Source: Gammaproteobacteria bacterium (GTDB lineage: Bacteria; Pseudomonadota; Gammaproteobacteria; JAJPIJ01). From it: a stretch of 64,000 bases of DNA. The DNA lies in contig JAJVIQ010000019.1 of assembly GCA_022071965.1 (NCBI GenBank), positions 136,793 to 200,792 of the forward strand, written 5' to 3'. This document shows, in pieces, positions 52,184-63,190 of the stretch (its first letter is position 1; each line of letters begins with the position of its first letter). Under the pieces are notes generated by a model that did not search any database, was not told where the DNA came from, and saw only the letters and a list, made by a program, of their open reading frames with translations. The position numbers were made by a program, and so were the translations under genes.

Positions 52184-52804
52184 ATGCCGTACGTCTACGA
52201 ATATCCGCACCCGGCGGTCACCACCGACGCGGTGCTGTTCACCGTCCGCGACGGCCGGCTCGAGGTCCTGCTCATCCAGCGCCGGCACGAACCCTACGCA
52301 GGCCGCTGGGCGTTTCCCGGCGGCTTCCTCGACTACGAGGAGGACCTGCTGGACTGCGCGCTGCGCGAGCTCGAGGAGGAGACCGGGGTGAGCGGCGTGG
52401 AGCTCGAGCAGTTCCACGCCGCCGGCACGCCGGGGCGCGACCCGCGCGAGCGCAACATCTCCATCCTGCACATGGGGCTGGTGCGTCCGGACGAGGTGAA
52501 CCCGGTCGCCGACGATGATGCCGGTGAGGTCGGCTGGTTCGACGCTCGCCGACCACCGCCGCTCGCCTTCGATCACGGGGAGCTTCTGCCGCTGGCGGTC
52601 CGCCATCTCACCGCGCGCATCATGCACTCGGATGCCGCGCTTCGGTTCCTGCCGCCGCGCTTCACGCTGACGGAACTTCAGGGCGTCTACGAGGCCGTAT
52701 TGAGCAAGCCCATCGGGCGCGGTGACTTCCGCCGCGTGATCCGCGCGCTGGACTGGCTGCAGCCGACCGGCGAATATGCGCGCGCGGGGCGCACCCGCGA
52801 GTAG
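52184..52804 (+). CDS. nrtR: NrtR-family Nudix-related transcriptional regulator
   Basis: The Nudix box GGFLDYEEDLLDCALRELEEETGV is present. The C-terminal winged HTH reads FTLTELQGVYEAVLSKPIGRGDFRRVI, characteristic of NrtR. nadA lies immediately downstream. Confidence 0.75.
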   Translation: MPYVYEYPHPAVTTDAVLFTVRDGRLEVLLIQRRHEPYAGRWAFPGGFLDYEEDLLDCALRELEEETGVSGVELEQFHAAGTPGRDPRERNISILHMGLVRPDEVNPVADDDAGEVGWFDARRPPPLAFDHGELLPLAVRHLTARIMHSDAALRFLPPRFTLTELQGVYEAVLSKPIGRGDFRRVIRALDWLQPTGEYARAGRTRE

Positions 52805-52929
52805 CTGTTCCAGTCCGCGAGGAGCGGGACGACGCCGCAGGCGCCGCGGCGGACAGCCCGCGACGCGACTGACATCGCCGCGCGCCGGCACCGAACGAAC
52901 AAGAATCCATCAGACCGCGAAAGGCGACC

Positions 52930-54003
52930 ATGAGCAGCATCCCGAAGATCATCATCCCCAGGACGCCGAAGTTCGAAGTGCCGCCGACGATCTCCGAGTC
53001 GCTGGAGCCAGGGGAGCGCGAGCCGCTTCGCGCCCGCATCAGGGATCTGCTGCGCGAGAAGGACGCGGTGCTCATCGCGCACTACTACACCGACCCCGAC
53101 ATCCAGCTGCTGGCCGAGGAGACCGGCGGCTACGTCTCCGATTCGCTGGACATGGCGCGCTTCGGCCATGAGCACGAGGCCACGACGCTGGTGGTCGCGG
53201 GCGTGCGCTTCATGGGCGAGACGGCCAAGATCCTCAATCCGGAGAAGCGCGTGCTGATGCCGGAGCTGCAGGCCGAGTGCTCGCTCGATCTGGGCTGCCC
53301 ACCCAAGGAGTTCGCGGAATTCTGCGACCGGCACCCCGATCGCACCGTCGTGGTCTATGCCAACACGAGCGCGGCGGTGAAGGCGCGCGCGGACTGGATG
53401 GTGACCTCCAGCGTGGCCGTCGACATCGTGAGATTCCTGCACGAGCGCGGCGAGAAGATCCTGTGGGCGCCCGACAAGTATCTCGGCGACTACGTCCAGC
53501 GCCAGAGCGGCGCCGACATGATCCTCTGGAACGGCTCGTGCATCGTGCACGAGGAGTTCAAGAGCCTGGAGCTCGAGGACATGCGCCGGCGGTACCCGGA
53601 CGCGAAGATCCTGGTGCACCCGGAGTCGCCCGAGGCGGTCATACGCCAGGCCGACGTGGTCGGATCGACGACCCAGCTCATCAAGGCGGCGCAAGCGCTG
53701 GACGCCCGGCGATTCATCGTCGCCACCGACAAGGGCATCTTCCACAAGATGCAGAAGGCGGCGCCCGGGAAGGAGTTCATCGAGGCGCCGACCGCGGGCC
53801 GCGGCGCGACCTGCCGCTCCTGCGCGCACTGCCCGTGGATGGCGATGAACGGCCTGCGCAACCTCGAGCACGCGCTCGTCACCGGCAGCGGCGAGGTCTT
53901 CGTCGACGAGGACATCCGGGTGCAGGCCGTGGTGCCGATACAGCGCATGCTCGAGTTCGCGATGACCCGCAAGAAGCAGGTGCTCGGCGCCAGCGACGCC
54001 TGA
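52930..54003 (+). CDS. nadA: quinolinate synthase A
   Basis: 357 aa, a long-form NadA. Conserved motifs include [29 protein letters not shown] and the C-terminal [13 protein letters not shown]. Confidence 0.9.
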   Translation: MSSIPKIIIPRTPKFEVPPTISESLEPGEREPLRARIRDLLREKDAVLIAHYYTDPDIQLLAEETGGYVSDSLDMARFGHEHEATTLVVAGVRFMGETAKILNPEKRVLMPELQAECSLDLGCPPKEFAEFCDRHPDRTVVVYANTSAAVKARADWMVTSSVAVDIVRFLHERGEKILWAPDKYLGDYVQRQSGADMILWNGSCIVHEEFKSLELEDMRRRYPDAKILVHPESPEAVIRQADVVGSTTQLIKAAQALDARRFIVATDKGIFHKMQKAAPGKEFIEAPTAGRGATCRSCAHCPWMAMNGLRNLEHALVTGSGEVFVDEDIRVQAVVPIQRMLEFAMTRKKQVLGASDA

Positions 54004-54023
54004 GTCTCGTCCATCCGCAGGTT

Positions 54024-54557
54024 TCAGGATAGCCGCGTCGGCGTGATTGCCGCGCCACAGAGCGGCGAGCGCGTGATCTCCAGCGTCCGCGCGTAGGTCA
54101 TCTGCAGCACGCGCGCTTCGAGGCTGGCGCGATGGCGCGCACAGGCGAGCTCGGTGGCCACCCGCTCCTTCACCGGATCCCAGATCGCGGCCTGATCCTC
54201 GGAGAGCAGCGCCCGCAGGGACTTCACGCGAAAGCGCCTCTTCGATCGCGCGCTGCCGAACAGCAGTGCGAGCCAGCCGCCCTCCTCGGTCCAGGCCTCG
54301 CTGTAGACGGTCTTGTCGCGCAGGATCTCGTTCAGTTGCCGCGCCAACTCGGGCGCCTTGCGCCCGTACATATAAAGCGCCTCGCGGCGTATCCCATGCG
54401 CGCGCTCGGCATCGGTGTCCCAGCGATCCCATTCCGGCTGCGGATGTATCAGCGAACAAAACGGCGTTCCGCACGGAAGCACCAGACCGACCTCTATCGG
54501 GTAGCTGCCCGGGCCGAAGCCGCAGGCTTCAACATCTATAATGGCGGGCATGTCCAT
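54024..54557 (-). CDS. DnaQ-like 3'-5' exonuclease family protein
   Basis: MDMPAIIDVEACGFGPGSYPIEVGLV... resembles the Exo I motif of DEDD exonucleases. About 177 aa. The longer open frame upstream is Arg-rich and implausible. Confidence 0.5.
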   Translation of the reverse strand: MDMPAIIDVEACGFGPGSYPIEVGLVLPCGTPFCSLIHPQPEWDRWDTDAERAHGIRREALYMYGRKAPELARQLNEILRDKTVYSEAWTEEGGWLALLFGSARSKRRFRVKSLRALLSEDQAAIWDPVKERVATELACARHRASLEARVLQMTYARTLEITRSPLCGAAITPTRLS

Positions 54558-54671
54558 GGGGCGGGAACGGCGTCCGGGTCGATCGACGACGGCAATGACT
54601 CGTCTGAGTGTAGTCCCGGCGTGCGCGCGCTGCCCAGCCCTTGGCGCCGGACAGACCGGCAGGAGAGATCG

Positions 54672-55313
54672 ATGACTCCCGGGACCCGGCCAACCGTCGT
54701 GCTCGTCCACGGGCTGTTCCTGCACGGGACGGCCATGCTGCCGATGGCGGCACAGCTTCGCCATGCCGGATTCGCGACGCGCAACTTCTCCTATCCGACA
54801 CGGGAGCAGTCGCCGCGCGACAACGCCTATGCGCTGAAGCGGCTGTGCGAGGACATCGACGCGCCCGTCGTGCATTTCGTCGGCCACAGCCTCGGCGGCC
54901 TGGTGCTGCGCCATTTCTTCGCGGCGTTCCCGCAGCGGCGACCGGGCCGCGTGGTCACGCTGGGCACGCCGCACCGCTACAGCCAGGCCGCCCGTGTGCT
55001 GGCGCGCTTCGAGTTGGCGCGCAGGTTTCTCAACAAGAGTCTGGAGCACGGACTGCTGGGCGGCGTGCCGCCCTGGGACGGGGCCCACGAGCTCGGCTCG
55101 ATCGCGGGGACCCTGCCGGTCGGACTCGGACGGGTCGTCGGCGGGCTCCCCGCGCCCAACGACGGCACGGTGGCGGTCGAGGAGACGCGCATGGACGGCA
55201 TGAGCGATCACATCTGTCTGCCGATCTCCCACCTGGCGCTGATGTTCGCGCCACCGGCCGCCTATCAGACCGCGTACTTCCTGCGCCACGGCCGCTTCCG
55301 GCATGAACCGTGA
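54672..55313 (+). CDS. alpha/beta-hydrolase fold protein
   Basis: VVLVHGLF is followed by the nucleophile elbow GHSLGG. AGGAGAG is the RBS. About 213 aa. Confidence 0.7.
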   Translation: MTPGTRPTVVLVHGLFLHGTAMLPMAAQLRHAGFATRNFSYPTREQSPRDNAYALKRLCEDIDAPVVHFVGHSLGGLVLRHFFAAFPQRRPGRVVTLGTPHRYSQAARVLARFELARRFLNKSLEHGLLGGVPPWDGAHELGSIAGTLPVGLGRVVGGLPAPNDGTVAVEETRMDGMSDHICLPISHLALMFAPPAAYQTAYFLRHGRFRHEP

Positions 55314-55373
55314 ACAGGCGTGATGGTACACTTCCTCGCATCGGGATCAGGGCATTCACAAGGGCATTCAGAC

Positions 55374-56120
55374 ATGGCCGGCCACAGCAAATGGGCCAAC
55401 ATTCAACACCGCAAGAACACGCAGGACGCCAGGCGCGGCAAGCTGTTCACCAAGCTCATCCGTGAGATCACCGTCGCCGCGCGCATGGGCGGCGGCGACT
55501 CCGGCTCCAACCCGCGCCTGCGCGCGGCGATCGACGCGGCCCTGTCGGCCAACATGACCAAGGACACCGTCGAGCGCGCGATCAGACGCGGCACCGGCGA
55601 GACGGGCGCGGAGAACTACGAGGAGGTGCGTTACGAGGGCTACGGACCGGGCGGGGTAGCGGTGATGGTCGACTGCATGACCGACAACCGCAACCGCACG
55701 GTCGGCGAGATACGGCACGCCTTCAGCAAGCACGGCGGCAACCTCGGCAGTGACGGCTCGGTCGCCTTCATGTTCACCAAGAGCGGCGTCCTGAGCTTTC
55801 TCCCCGGCGCCTCCGAGGATCGCATCCTGGAGGTGGCGCTGGACGGCGGTGCGCAGGACGTCGTCACCAACGACGACGGCAGCATCGATGTCCTGACCGC
55901 GCCGGAGGATTTCGGCGCGGTGAAGGATGCACTGGAGGCGGCCGGGCTGATGCCGGAAGCCGCGGAGGTGACCATGCGCGCCGCCAACAGCGTCGCCATC
56001 GACGGCGAGAACGCCGAGAGGATGATGAGGCTGCTCGACGTGCTGGAGGACCTCGACGACGTGCAGAAGGTGTACTCCAACGCCGACATCAGCGACGAGG
56101 TGCTGGCGAAGCTCGCCTGA
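55374..56120 (+). CDS. yebC: YebC/PmpR family DNA-binding transcriptional regulator
   Basis: [37 protein letters not shown] is the canonical YebC N-terminus. It lies upstream of ruvCAB. Confidence 0.9.
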   Translation: MAGHSKWANIQHRKNTQDARRGKLFTKLIREITVAARMGGGDSGSNPRLRAAIDAALSANMTKDTVERAIRRGTGETGAENYEEVRYEGYGPGGVAVMVDCMTDNRNRTVGEIRHAFSKHGGNLGSDGSVAFMFTKSGVLSFLPGASEDRILEVALDGGAQDVVTNDDGSIDVLTAPEDFGAVKDALEAAGLMPEAAEVTMRAANSVAIDGENAERMMRLLDVLEDLDDVQKVYSNADISDEVLAKLA

Positions 56121-56145
56121 CGATGCGATACCGCCCCTCCACCGC

Positions 56146-56691
56146 ATGCGCATACTGGGCATAGACCCTGGATCACGGATCACCGGCTACGGCGTCATCA
56201 GCCTGGAGCGCGGGCAGGCACGCCACATCGCCAACGGCTGCATCCGCACTCCCGATGGCGAGATGGCCGAGCGCCTGCGCGCGATCTACGAGGGCGTGCG
56301 CGCGGTGATCGCCGCGTATGAGCCGCGCGAGATGGCCATCGAGAAGGTATTCGTGAACCGCAACGTCGACTCCGCGCTGAAGCTCGGGCAGGCGCGCGGC
56401 GCGGCGATCGTCGCCGGCGCGAGCCACGGCCTGCGCGTCTTCGAGTTCTCGCCCGCGGAGGTCAAGCAGGCGATCGTCGGCCATGGTCGCGCCGAGAAGG
56501 CGCAGATCCAGCACATGATCAAGGTGCTGCTGAAGCTCGCGGAGTGCGCCGGGAGCGATGCCGCCGATGCGCTCGCCGTGGCGATCTGCCATGGCCACGG
56601 CCGCGAGGCGATGCAGCGGATGACCGCGCCGGCGGAGCTGCTCGCAGGCATGCGCACCGGACGCCGCCGCGCCGGGGGCCTGCGCCGATGA
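56146..56691 (+). CDS. ruvC: crossover junction endodeoxyribonuclease RuvC
   Basis: MRILGIDPGSRITGYGVI...KQAIVGHGRAEKAQIQHMIK. Confidence 0.9.
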   Translation: MRILGIDPGSRITGYGVISLERGQARHIANGCIRTPDGEMAERLRAIYEGVRAVIAAYEPREMAIEKVFVNRNVDSALKLGQARGAAIVAGASHGLRVFEFSPAEVKQAIVGHGRAEKAQIQHMIKVLLKLAECAGSDAADALAVAICHGHGREAMQRMTAPAELLAGMRTGRRRAGGLRR

Positions 56692-57299
56692 TCGGACGGT
56701 TGCGCGGCATCATCGTGGAAAAACGCCCGCCGTTCCTGCTCATCGACGTGCACGGCGTGGGCTACGAGCTCGAGGCGCCGATGACCACGTTCTACCGGCT
56801 GCCGGAGGTCAATCGCGAGACCGCACTGCACACGCACCTGGTCGTGCGCGAGGACGCGCAGCTGCTCTTTGGTTTCGGCACCGAGGACGAACGCCGGCTG
56901 TTCCGCGACCTGCTCAAGGTGAGCGGGATCGGACCGAAGGTCGCGCTCGCGATCCTCTCGGGCATCGAGACCGAGCAGTTCGCCGCCTGCGTGCAGCAGG
57001 GCGACGTGACGCGGCTGACGCGCCTGCCGGGCGTCGGCAAGAAGACCGCCGAGCGCCTCATCGTCGAGATGCGCGATCGCCTGCACGACTGGCGGCAGCA
57101 GCCCGCCATCGCCGCGGCTCCCGGTCAGCCCCCCGCGGCGCCCGGCGATCCGGTGGCCGACGCCGTCAGCGCGCTCATCGCGCTCGGCTACAGGCCCAAC
57201 GAGGCCAGCCGCTACGTCCACGGCGTGGCCGCCGCGGGCATGACGAGCGAGGCGATCATCCGCGAGGCGCTGCGCAATGTCGCGCGCGCGGGCGGCTAG
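56688..57299 (+). CDS. ruvA: Holliday junction DNA helicase RuvA
   Basis: MIGRLRGIIVEKRPPFLLIDVHGVGYELEAP...LTRLPGVGKKTAERLIVEM. It overlaps the ruvC stop by 4 bp. Confidence 0.9.
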   Translation: MIGRLRGIIVEKRPPFLLIDVHGVGYELEAPMTTFYRLPEVNRETALHTHLVVREDAQLLFGFGTEDERRLFRDLLKVSGIGPKVALAILSGIETEQFAACVQQGDVTRLTRLPGVGKKTAERLIVEMRDRLHDWRQQPAIAAAPGQPPAAPGDPVADAVSALIALGYRPNEASRYVHGVAAAGMTSEAIIREALRNVARAGG

Positions 57300-57315
57300 A
57301 GGTTGACGGGAAGAC

Positions 57316-58359
<1,044 letters not shown>

Positions 58360-58409
58360 TGGCGGGACGCACTGACGCGGTCCGTGCGGGACAGGGAGCC
58401 ACGACGCCG

Positions 58410-58952
58410 GCCACGACACGCCGTGAATACATCCATTTACGCTCCGCGGCCGCGCCCCTGCAGAAGAGGAACCTCGGAGGCGCGGCGACTTGCGGTTCAC
58501 GTGCCACGCCGGGGGCCGTGACGCCCGCCGCGACACGCTGTGAATACATCCATGTACGCTCCGCGGCCGCATCCCTGCGGCCGAGGGTCGTGGCGCGCAT
58601 CACGGCCCCCTGCCCGAACGTCCTCGATCGCGTTGAGCCCACTTGCGGCAGGGCTGCGGCGATCGTGTGCGGACGGGACTCCTCATCTGCTCCGAGAGCG
58701 CTGACGCGGTCGCTGACCGGTTTCGACGGTGCCGGGCCGAGGGGCCTGCGGAGTGCGGCGACCCTCGGCCGCAGGGATGCGGCCGCGGAGCCTACAGGGA
58801 CGTATCTACGGCGTGTCGCGGCAGTCCGCAGGCCCCTCGGCTCTCGACTTGCGCGACGAGCTCGGCGGTTGGGGGTGCGAGCGGAGACGACCCTATGCGG
58901 CAGGGATGCCGCATTCGAGCGTGCATGGACGTATTCACAGCGTGGCGTCGCC
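58410..58952. repeat. cluster of four roughly 65-bp REP/MITE-like repeats in the arrangement + + - -
   Basis: Copies at about 58410-58463 and 58526-58590 (direct), and 58759-58822 and 58888-58952 (inverted). The shared core is ACGC(T/C)GTGAATACATCCATGTACGCTCCGCGGCCGCATCCCTGCGGCCGAGGGTCG. The ORFs called across this region are spurious. Confidence 0.7.
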
Positions 58953-58993
58953 GTTCGTACCTCCACCCGCTGCCGGAGCCTCCCGTGAGCGGC

Positions 58994-59431
58994 AGGCGCG
59001 CGGCGGCGGGCGCCGCGGATTTCGTCTGGCCGGTGCGCGTCTACTACGAGGACACCGACGCCGGCGGCGTGGTCTACCACGCCAACTACCTGAAATTCAT
59101 GGAAAGAGCGCGGACCGAGTGGCTGCGCTCCCTGGGCTGGCAGCAGGACCGCCTGCTCGCGGAGGAGCGCGTGGTGTTCGCCGTGCGGCACCTGGCGGTC
59201 GACTATCTCAGGCCGGCACGGTTTAATGACGCGCTGAATGTACGCTCGCGCGTGGGGAGGCTCGGTTCAGCGAGCATTGAATTCGAACAGGACATCGTGC
59301 GCGCCGACTGCGACCTGCTGTGCCGCGGCGTCGTGGTCGTGGCCTGCATCGATACCGATGCATTCCGGCCTCGCGCCATTCCGGATCCGATGTACGACGC
59401 CATGAAGAGGTTCCGAAAACATGCAGACTGA
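58994..59431 (+). CDS. ybgC: Tol-Pal-associated acyl-CoA thioesterase
   Basis: The GTG start gives ...FVWPVRVYYEDTDAGGVVYHANYLKFMERARTEWL (4HBT fold). It is first in the ybgC-tolQRAB-pal order. Confidence 0.8.
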   Translation, partial: RRAAAGAADFVWPVRVYYEDTDAGGVVYHANYLKFMERARTEWLRSLGWQQDRLLAEERVVFAVRHLAVDYLRPARFNDALNVRSRVGRLGSASIEFEQDIVRADCDLLCRGVVVVACIDTDAFRPRAIPDPMYDAMKRFRKHAD

Positions 59432-60095
59432 TTTATCGGTTGCAAGTCTGATCCTGCACGCAAGCTGGCTGGTGAAGTTCGTCATGCTGGTGCTGGTGCT
59501 GGCGTCGCTTGCCTCCTGGACGATCATCTTCTCCAAGCGCAGCATGATGAAGCGCGCGCGGCGGGGCGCGGAGGACTTCGAGAACCGCTTCTGGAACTCC
59601 GAGGATCTCGCGACGCTGTACTCGCGGCTGAACGCCGGCGGCCGCGAGGCGCGCGGCATGGAGAAGATCTTCGAGGCCGGGTTCAAGGAGTTCGCGCGCT
59701 TGCGCAAGCGCGAGGGCATCGAACCCATGGCGGTGCTGGAGGGCGCGCAGCGCGCCATGCGCGTGGCCATCAGCCGGGAGATCGAGGATCTCGAGGCGAG
59801 CCTGCCGTTTCTCGCGACCGTCGGATCCGTGAGCCCCTATATAGGCCTGTTCGGCACCGTCTGGGGCATCATGAATTCCTTCCAGGCGCTGCAGAACGTG
59901 CACCAGGCGACGCTGGCGATGGTGGCGCCCGGCATCTCGGAGGCACTGATCGCCACCGCGATGGGCCTGTTCGCCGCCATCCCGGCCTTCGTCGCCTACA
60001 ATCGCTACTCCAGCGACATCGATCGTCTCTACAACCGCTACGACATCTTCCTGGAGGAGTTCTCCTCCATCCTGCAGCGGCAGGCGCACAGTTGA
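59421..60095 (+). CDS. tolQ: Tol-Pal system protein TolQ
   Basis: Three TM helices. MotA/TolQ/ExbB signature ...LFGTVWGIMNSFQAL.... Confidence 0.9.
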   Translation: MQTDLSVASLILHASWLVKFVMLVLVLASLASWTIIFSKRSMMKRARRGAEDFENRFWNSEDLATLYSRLNAGGREARGMEKIFEAGFKEFARLRKREGIEPMAVLEGAQRAMRVAISREIEDLEASLPFLATVGSVSPYIGLFGTVWGIMNSFQALQNVHQATLAMVAPGISEALIATAMGLFAAIPAFVAYNRYSSDIDRLYNRYDIFLEEFSSILQRQAHS

Positions 60096-60150
60096 TGAAC
60101 CCCGTCACGCACATGACCGGAGTCTATCCCCCGGCCGGGACACAGCGACC

Positions 60151-60585
60151 ATGGAGCCGATGAAATCGGGCCGCCGCGGGCGGCGCAGGAAGCTGGTGGC
60201 GGAGATGAACGTGGTGCCGTACATCGACGTCATGCTGGTGCTGCTCATCATCTTCATGGCCACCGCGCCGCTGGTGACGCAAGGCGTGCGGGTGGAGCTG
60301 CCCAAGGCGGTCTCCGAGCCGGTGGAATCGGATTCGCAGCCGCACGTGATCACCGTCAACGCCGCCGGCGAGTACTTCATCGGCTGGGACGAGAACGATG
60401 AGAAACCCGTCGATCTCGAGACCGTGGCCGCCAAGATCCTGGCCGTGCGCAGCACGAGTCCGGACGAACCCGTGTTCATCAAGGGCGACAGGAATGCCGC
60501 CTACGGGAAGATCGTGCACCTGCTCGCGAGTCTGAGCGCCGCGGGGGTCACCGGCGTGGGCCTGCTCACCGAACCCGAGGGTTGA
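60151..60585 (+). CDS. tolR: Tol-Pal system protein TolR
   Basis: NVVPYIDVMLVLLIIFM is the ExbD/TolR TM region with the conserved Asp. Confidence 0.85.
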   Translation: MEPMKSGRRGRRRKLVAEMNVVPYIDVMLVLLIIFMATAPLVTQGVRVELPKAVSEPVESDSQPHVITVNAAGEYFIGWDENDEKPVDLETVAAKILAVRSTSPDEPVFIKGDRNAAYGKIVHLLASLSAAGVTGVGLLTEPEG

Positions 60586-60618
60586 CCCCGCGAACCCCTC
60601 GTCCGCGTTCTACTGACC

Positions 60619-61767
60619 GTGCCACTCAACCGCGCGCAGAAATTCCAGGCGTTCCTGTTCGCCGTGGCGATCCACTTGGCGGCGCTGTTCCTGCTGCTGT
60701 TCAGTATCGACTTCAGCGAGCCGCCGTCGCTCACGCCGCCAACCACCGCGCCGATCGTGGAGGCGGTAGCCGTGGATCAGACGCAGATCGAGGCCGAGGT
60801 GAAGAAGCTGCGCGAGGCCGAACGCAGGAAGCGCGAGGCCGAGGAGCAGCGGCAGCAGGAGCTCGAAAGCAAGGCCGAGGAGGCGCGCAGGCAGCGTGAG
60901 GCCGAGGAGCAGCGCCTGAGGCAGGTGCGGGAAGAGCAGAGACTGGCCGAGGAGACCCGCAAGGAGACCGAGGAGGCGCGCAAGCGCGCCGAGCTCGAGA
61001 AACAGGTGCAGGAAGACGAGCGCCGCAAGGCCGAGGAGCAGAAGCGGCTGGCGATCGAGGAAACGCAGAAGGCCGAGGAGGAGCGGCTGAAGGCCGAGGC
61101 GGAGAAGAAGAAGCTCGAGAACGAAAAGCGCCTCGTCCTGGCGGAGAAACAGAAGGCCGAGGAGGAGCGCAAGCGCGTCGAAGAGGAGAAACGGCGCATC
61201 GAGGAGGAGAAGCGCCAGCGCGAGGAGGAAAGGAAACGGGCCGAGGAAGAACGGCAGAAGGCCGAAGAGGAGAAGAAGAGGGTCGAGGAGGAGCGGCAGA
61301 AGGCCGAGGCGGAGAAAAAGCGCATCGAGGAGGAGAAACAGAAGGCGCTGGAAGAGAGGCAGCGGCAGGAGGAGGCGGCGCGCAAGGCGCGCGAGGAGGC
61401 CGAGGAGGCGCGGCGCCAGAGGGAACTCCAGGCAGCGATGCTGGCCGAAGAGGAGGCGCAGCGGCTCAACAACCTGATCCGTGACGCGCTCAGCGAGTAC
61501 ACGGCGATATGGCAGAGCAGAATTACGTCCAACTTCACCAACCCGCGCCCGGGCGGCGGCCTGCGCTGCACCCTGAAGGTGAAGCTGACCACCAACGGCG
61601 AGGTGACGGACGTACGCGTGGATCCATCCAGCGGCGATCCGGCCTTCGACCGCCAGGCTGAACTGGCCGTGCTGAAGTCCTCGCCGCTGCCGGTCCCGAC
61701 CGATCCGCAGGTTCAGAAGGGCCTGGCCGGCAAGATACTTTCCATCACTTTCAAACCCGAGGGGTAA
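60619..61767 (+). CDS. tolA: Tol-Pal system protein TolA (repetitive K/E/R/A-rich helical domain II)
   Basis: An N-terminal TM helix is followed by about 230 aa of EEERK/KAEEE repeats and a C-terminal TolA-III-like domain. The start codon is uncertain. Confidence 0.8.
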   Translation: MPLNRAQKFQAFLFAVAIHLAALFLLLFSIDFSEPPSLTPPTTAPIVEAVAVDQTQIEAEVKKLREAERRKREAEEQRQQELESKAEEARRQREAEEQRLRQVREEQRLAEETRKETEEARKRAELEKQVQEDERRKAEEQKRLAIEETQKAEEERLKAEAEKKKLENEKRLVLAEKQKAEEERKRVEEEKRRIEEEKRQREEERKRAEEERQKAEEEKKRVEEERQKAEAEKKRIEEEKQKALEERQRQEEAARKAREEAEEARRQRELQAAMLAEEEAQRLNNLIRDALSEYTAIWQSRITSNFTNPRPGGGLRCTLKVKLTTNGEVTDVRVDPSSGDPAFDRQAELAVLKSSPLPVPTDPQVQKGLAGKILSITFKPEG

Positions 61768-61773
61768 GTCACG

Positions 61774-63090
61774 ATGCAATCCAGACGCACTGTGATGTCG
61801 TTACTGCTTTGTGGACTGGCGCTGCTGCCGGGTATGTCGCAGTCGCTCCGGGCCCAGGAGGAGATCTCGATCGATATCACCCAGGGCGCCGACAACCCGC
61901 TGCCGATCGCGGTGGTGCCCTTCCGCACCGCCGGCGCGCTGCCCGAGGATGTCGCGGCGGTGATCTCCGCGGATCTCCGGCGCAGCGGCCGATTCGACAC
62001 CATGACTACCGATCGCATGCCGGGCCGGCCCGCCGCGCTGCCGGAGATCGACCTCCCGGCGTGGAAGTCGCTGGGCATGGAGAACATGGTGGTCGGCACC
62101 GTCACGCCGTCGGCCAGCGGCTACAACGTGGAGTTCACCCTGGTCGACGTCTTCAAGGGCCAGAAGCTCTATGCCTTTCGCGGCGCCACCACCGAGGCCA
62201 ACCTGCGCTACACCGCGCATCAGATCGCCGACATCGTCTACGAGCAATTGACCGGCGAGAAGGGGGCGTTCGCCACGCGCATCGCCTATGTCACCGTTCG
62301 CGGCAGCGGCGCCGGCCGCAAGATCTACACGCTGCAGGTCTCCGACAGCGACGGTTACAACCCGCATACGGTGCTGGAGTCGCCGGCGGAGATCTTCTCC
62401 CCGGCCTGGTCGCCGGACGGCCGCCAGATCGCCTACGCCTCGCTCGAGGGACGGACCTCGGCGGTCTACGTGCAGGACATCGCCACCGGTCAGCGTCGCG
62501 CGGTGGCCAAGGGACAGGGCATCAACAGCGCACCGGATTTCTCGCCCGACGGCACCAAGCTCGCGCTGCGCCGCTCCGTGGACGGCAATCCGGAGATCTA
62601 CGTGCTGTACCTGGACAGCGGCCTGTTCCAGCGCCTGACCAGCGATCCGGCTATCGACACCGAGCCGACCTGGTCCCCGGACGGCCAGCGCATCGCCTTC
62701 ACCTCCGACCGCGCCGGCGGGCCGCAGATCTACGAGGTGAGCCTGTTCAACCCCACGGCGAAACGTATCACTTTCAATCTAGGGCCTTATAATGCGAGGC
62801 CAAGATACTCACCGGACGGCAAGTATCTGGCAGTGGTGAACGGCGGCAGCGGCGGGTACCGCATAGGCGTGCTCAACCTGCGCGATGGCGGGTTTCGCAT
62901 CGTCAGCGATTCCAGCCAGGCGGAGTCGCCGAGCTTCGCGCCCAACGGCACCATGCTGCTGTACTCCACGGCGGGCAGCGGCGGCACCGCACTCGCCGCC
63001 GTGTCGGTCGACGGCCGAGTGCGCCAGCGCATCGACCTGCCCGGCGGGGCGCAGGTGCGCGAACCGGCGTGGGGTCCGTTCAGAAGATAA
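61774..63090 (+). CDS. tolB: Tol-Pal system beta-propeller protein TolB
   Basis: A signal peptide is followed by the N-terminal TolB domain and WD-like propeller repeats (SPDG...IA/ SPDG...LA). Confidence 0.9.
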   Translation: MQSRRTVMSLLLCGLALLPGMSQSLRAQEEISIDITQGADNPLPIAVVPFRTAGALPEDVAAVISADLRRSGRFDTMTTDRMPGRPAALPEIDLPAWKSLGMENMVVGTVTPSASGYNVEFTLVDVFKGQKLYAFRGATTEANLRYTAHQIADIVYEQLTGEKGAFATRIAYVTVRGSGAGRKIYTLQVSDSDGYNPHTVLESPAEIFSPAWSPDGRQIAYASLEGRTSAVYVQDIATGQRRAVAKGQGINSAPDFSPDGTKLALRRSVDGNPEIYVLYLDSGLFQRLTSDPAIDTEPTWSPDGQRIAFTSDRAGGPQIYEVSLFNPTAKRITFNLGPYNARPRYSPDGKYLAVVNGGSGGYRIGVLNLRDGGFRIVSDSSQAESPSFAPNGTMLLYSTAGSGGTALAAVSVDGRVRQRIDLPGGAQVREPAWGPFRR

Positions 63091-63190
63091 ACCGGGCGGG
63101 CCCCCGGTGGCCCGAAACGACGGGAACGTGTATCACCAAGGCTGCCGCCGCGAGTCGCGACAGCCGTGAAACCAAGACAGGAGAAGGCCC

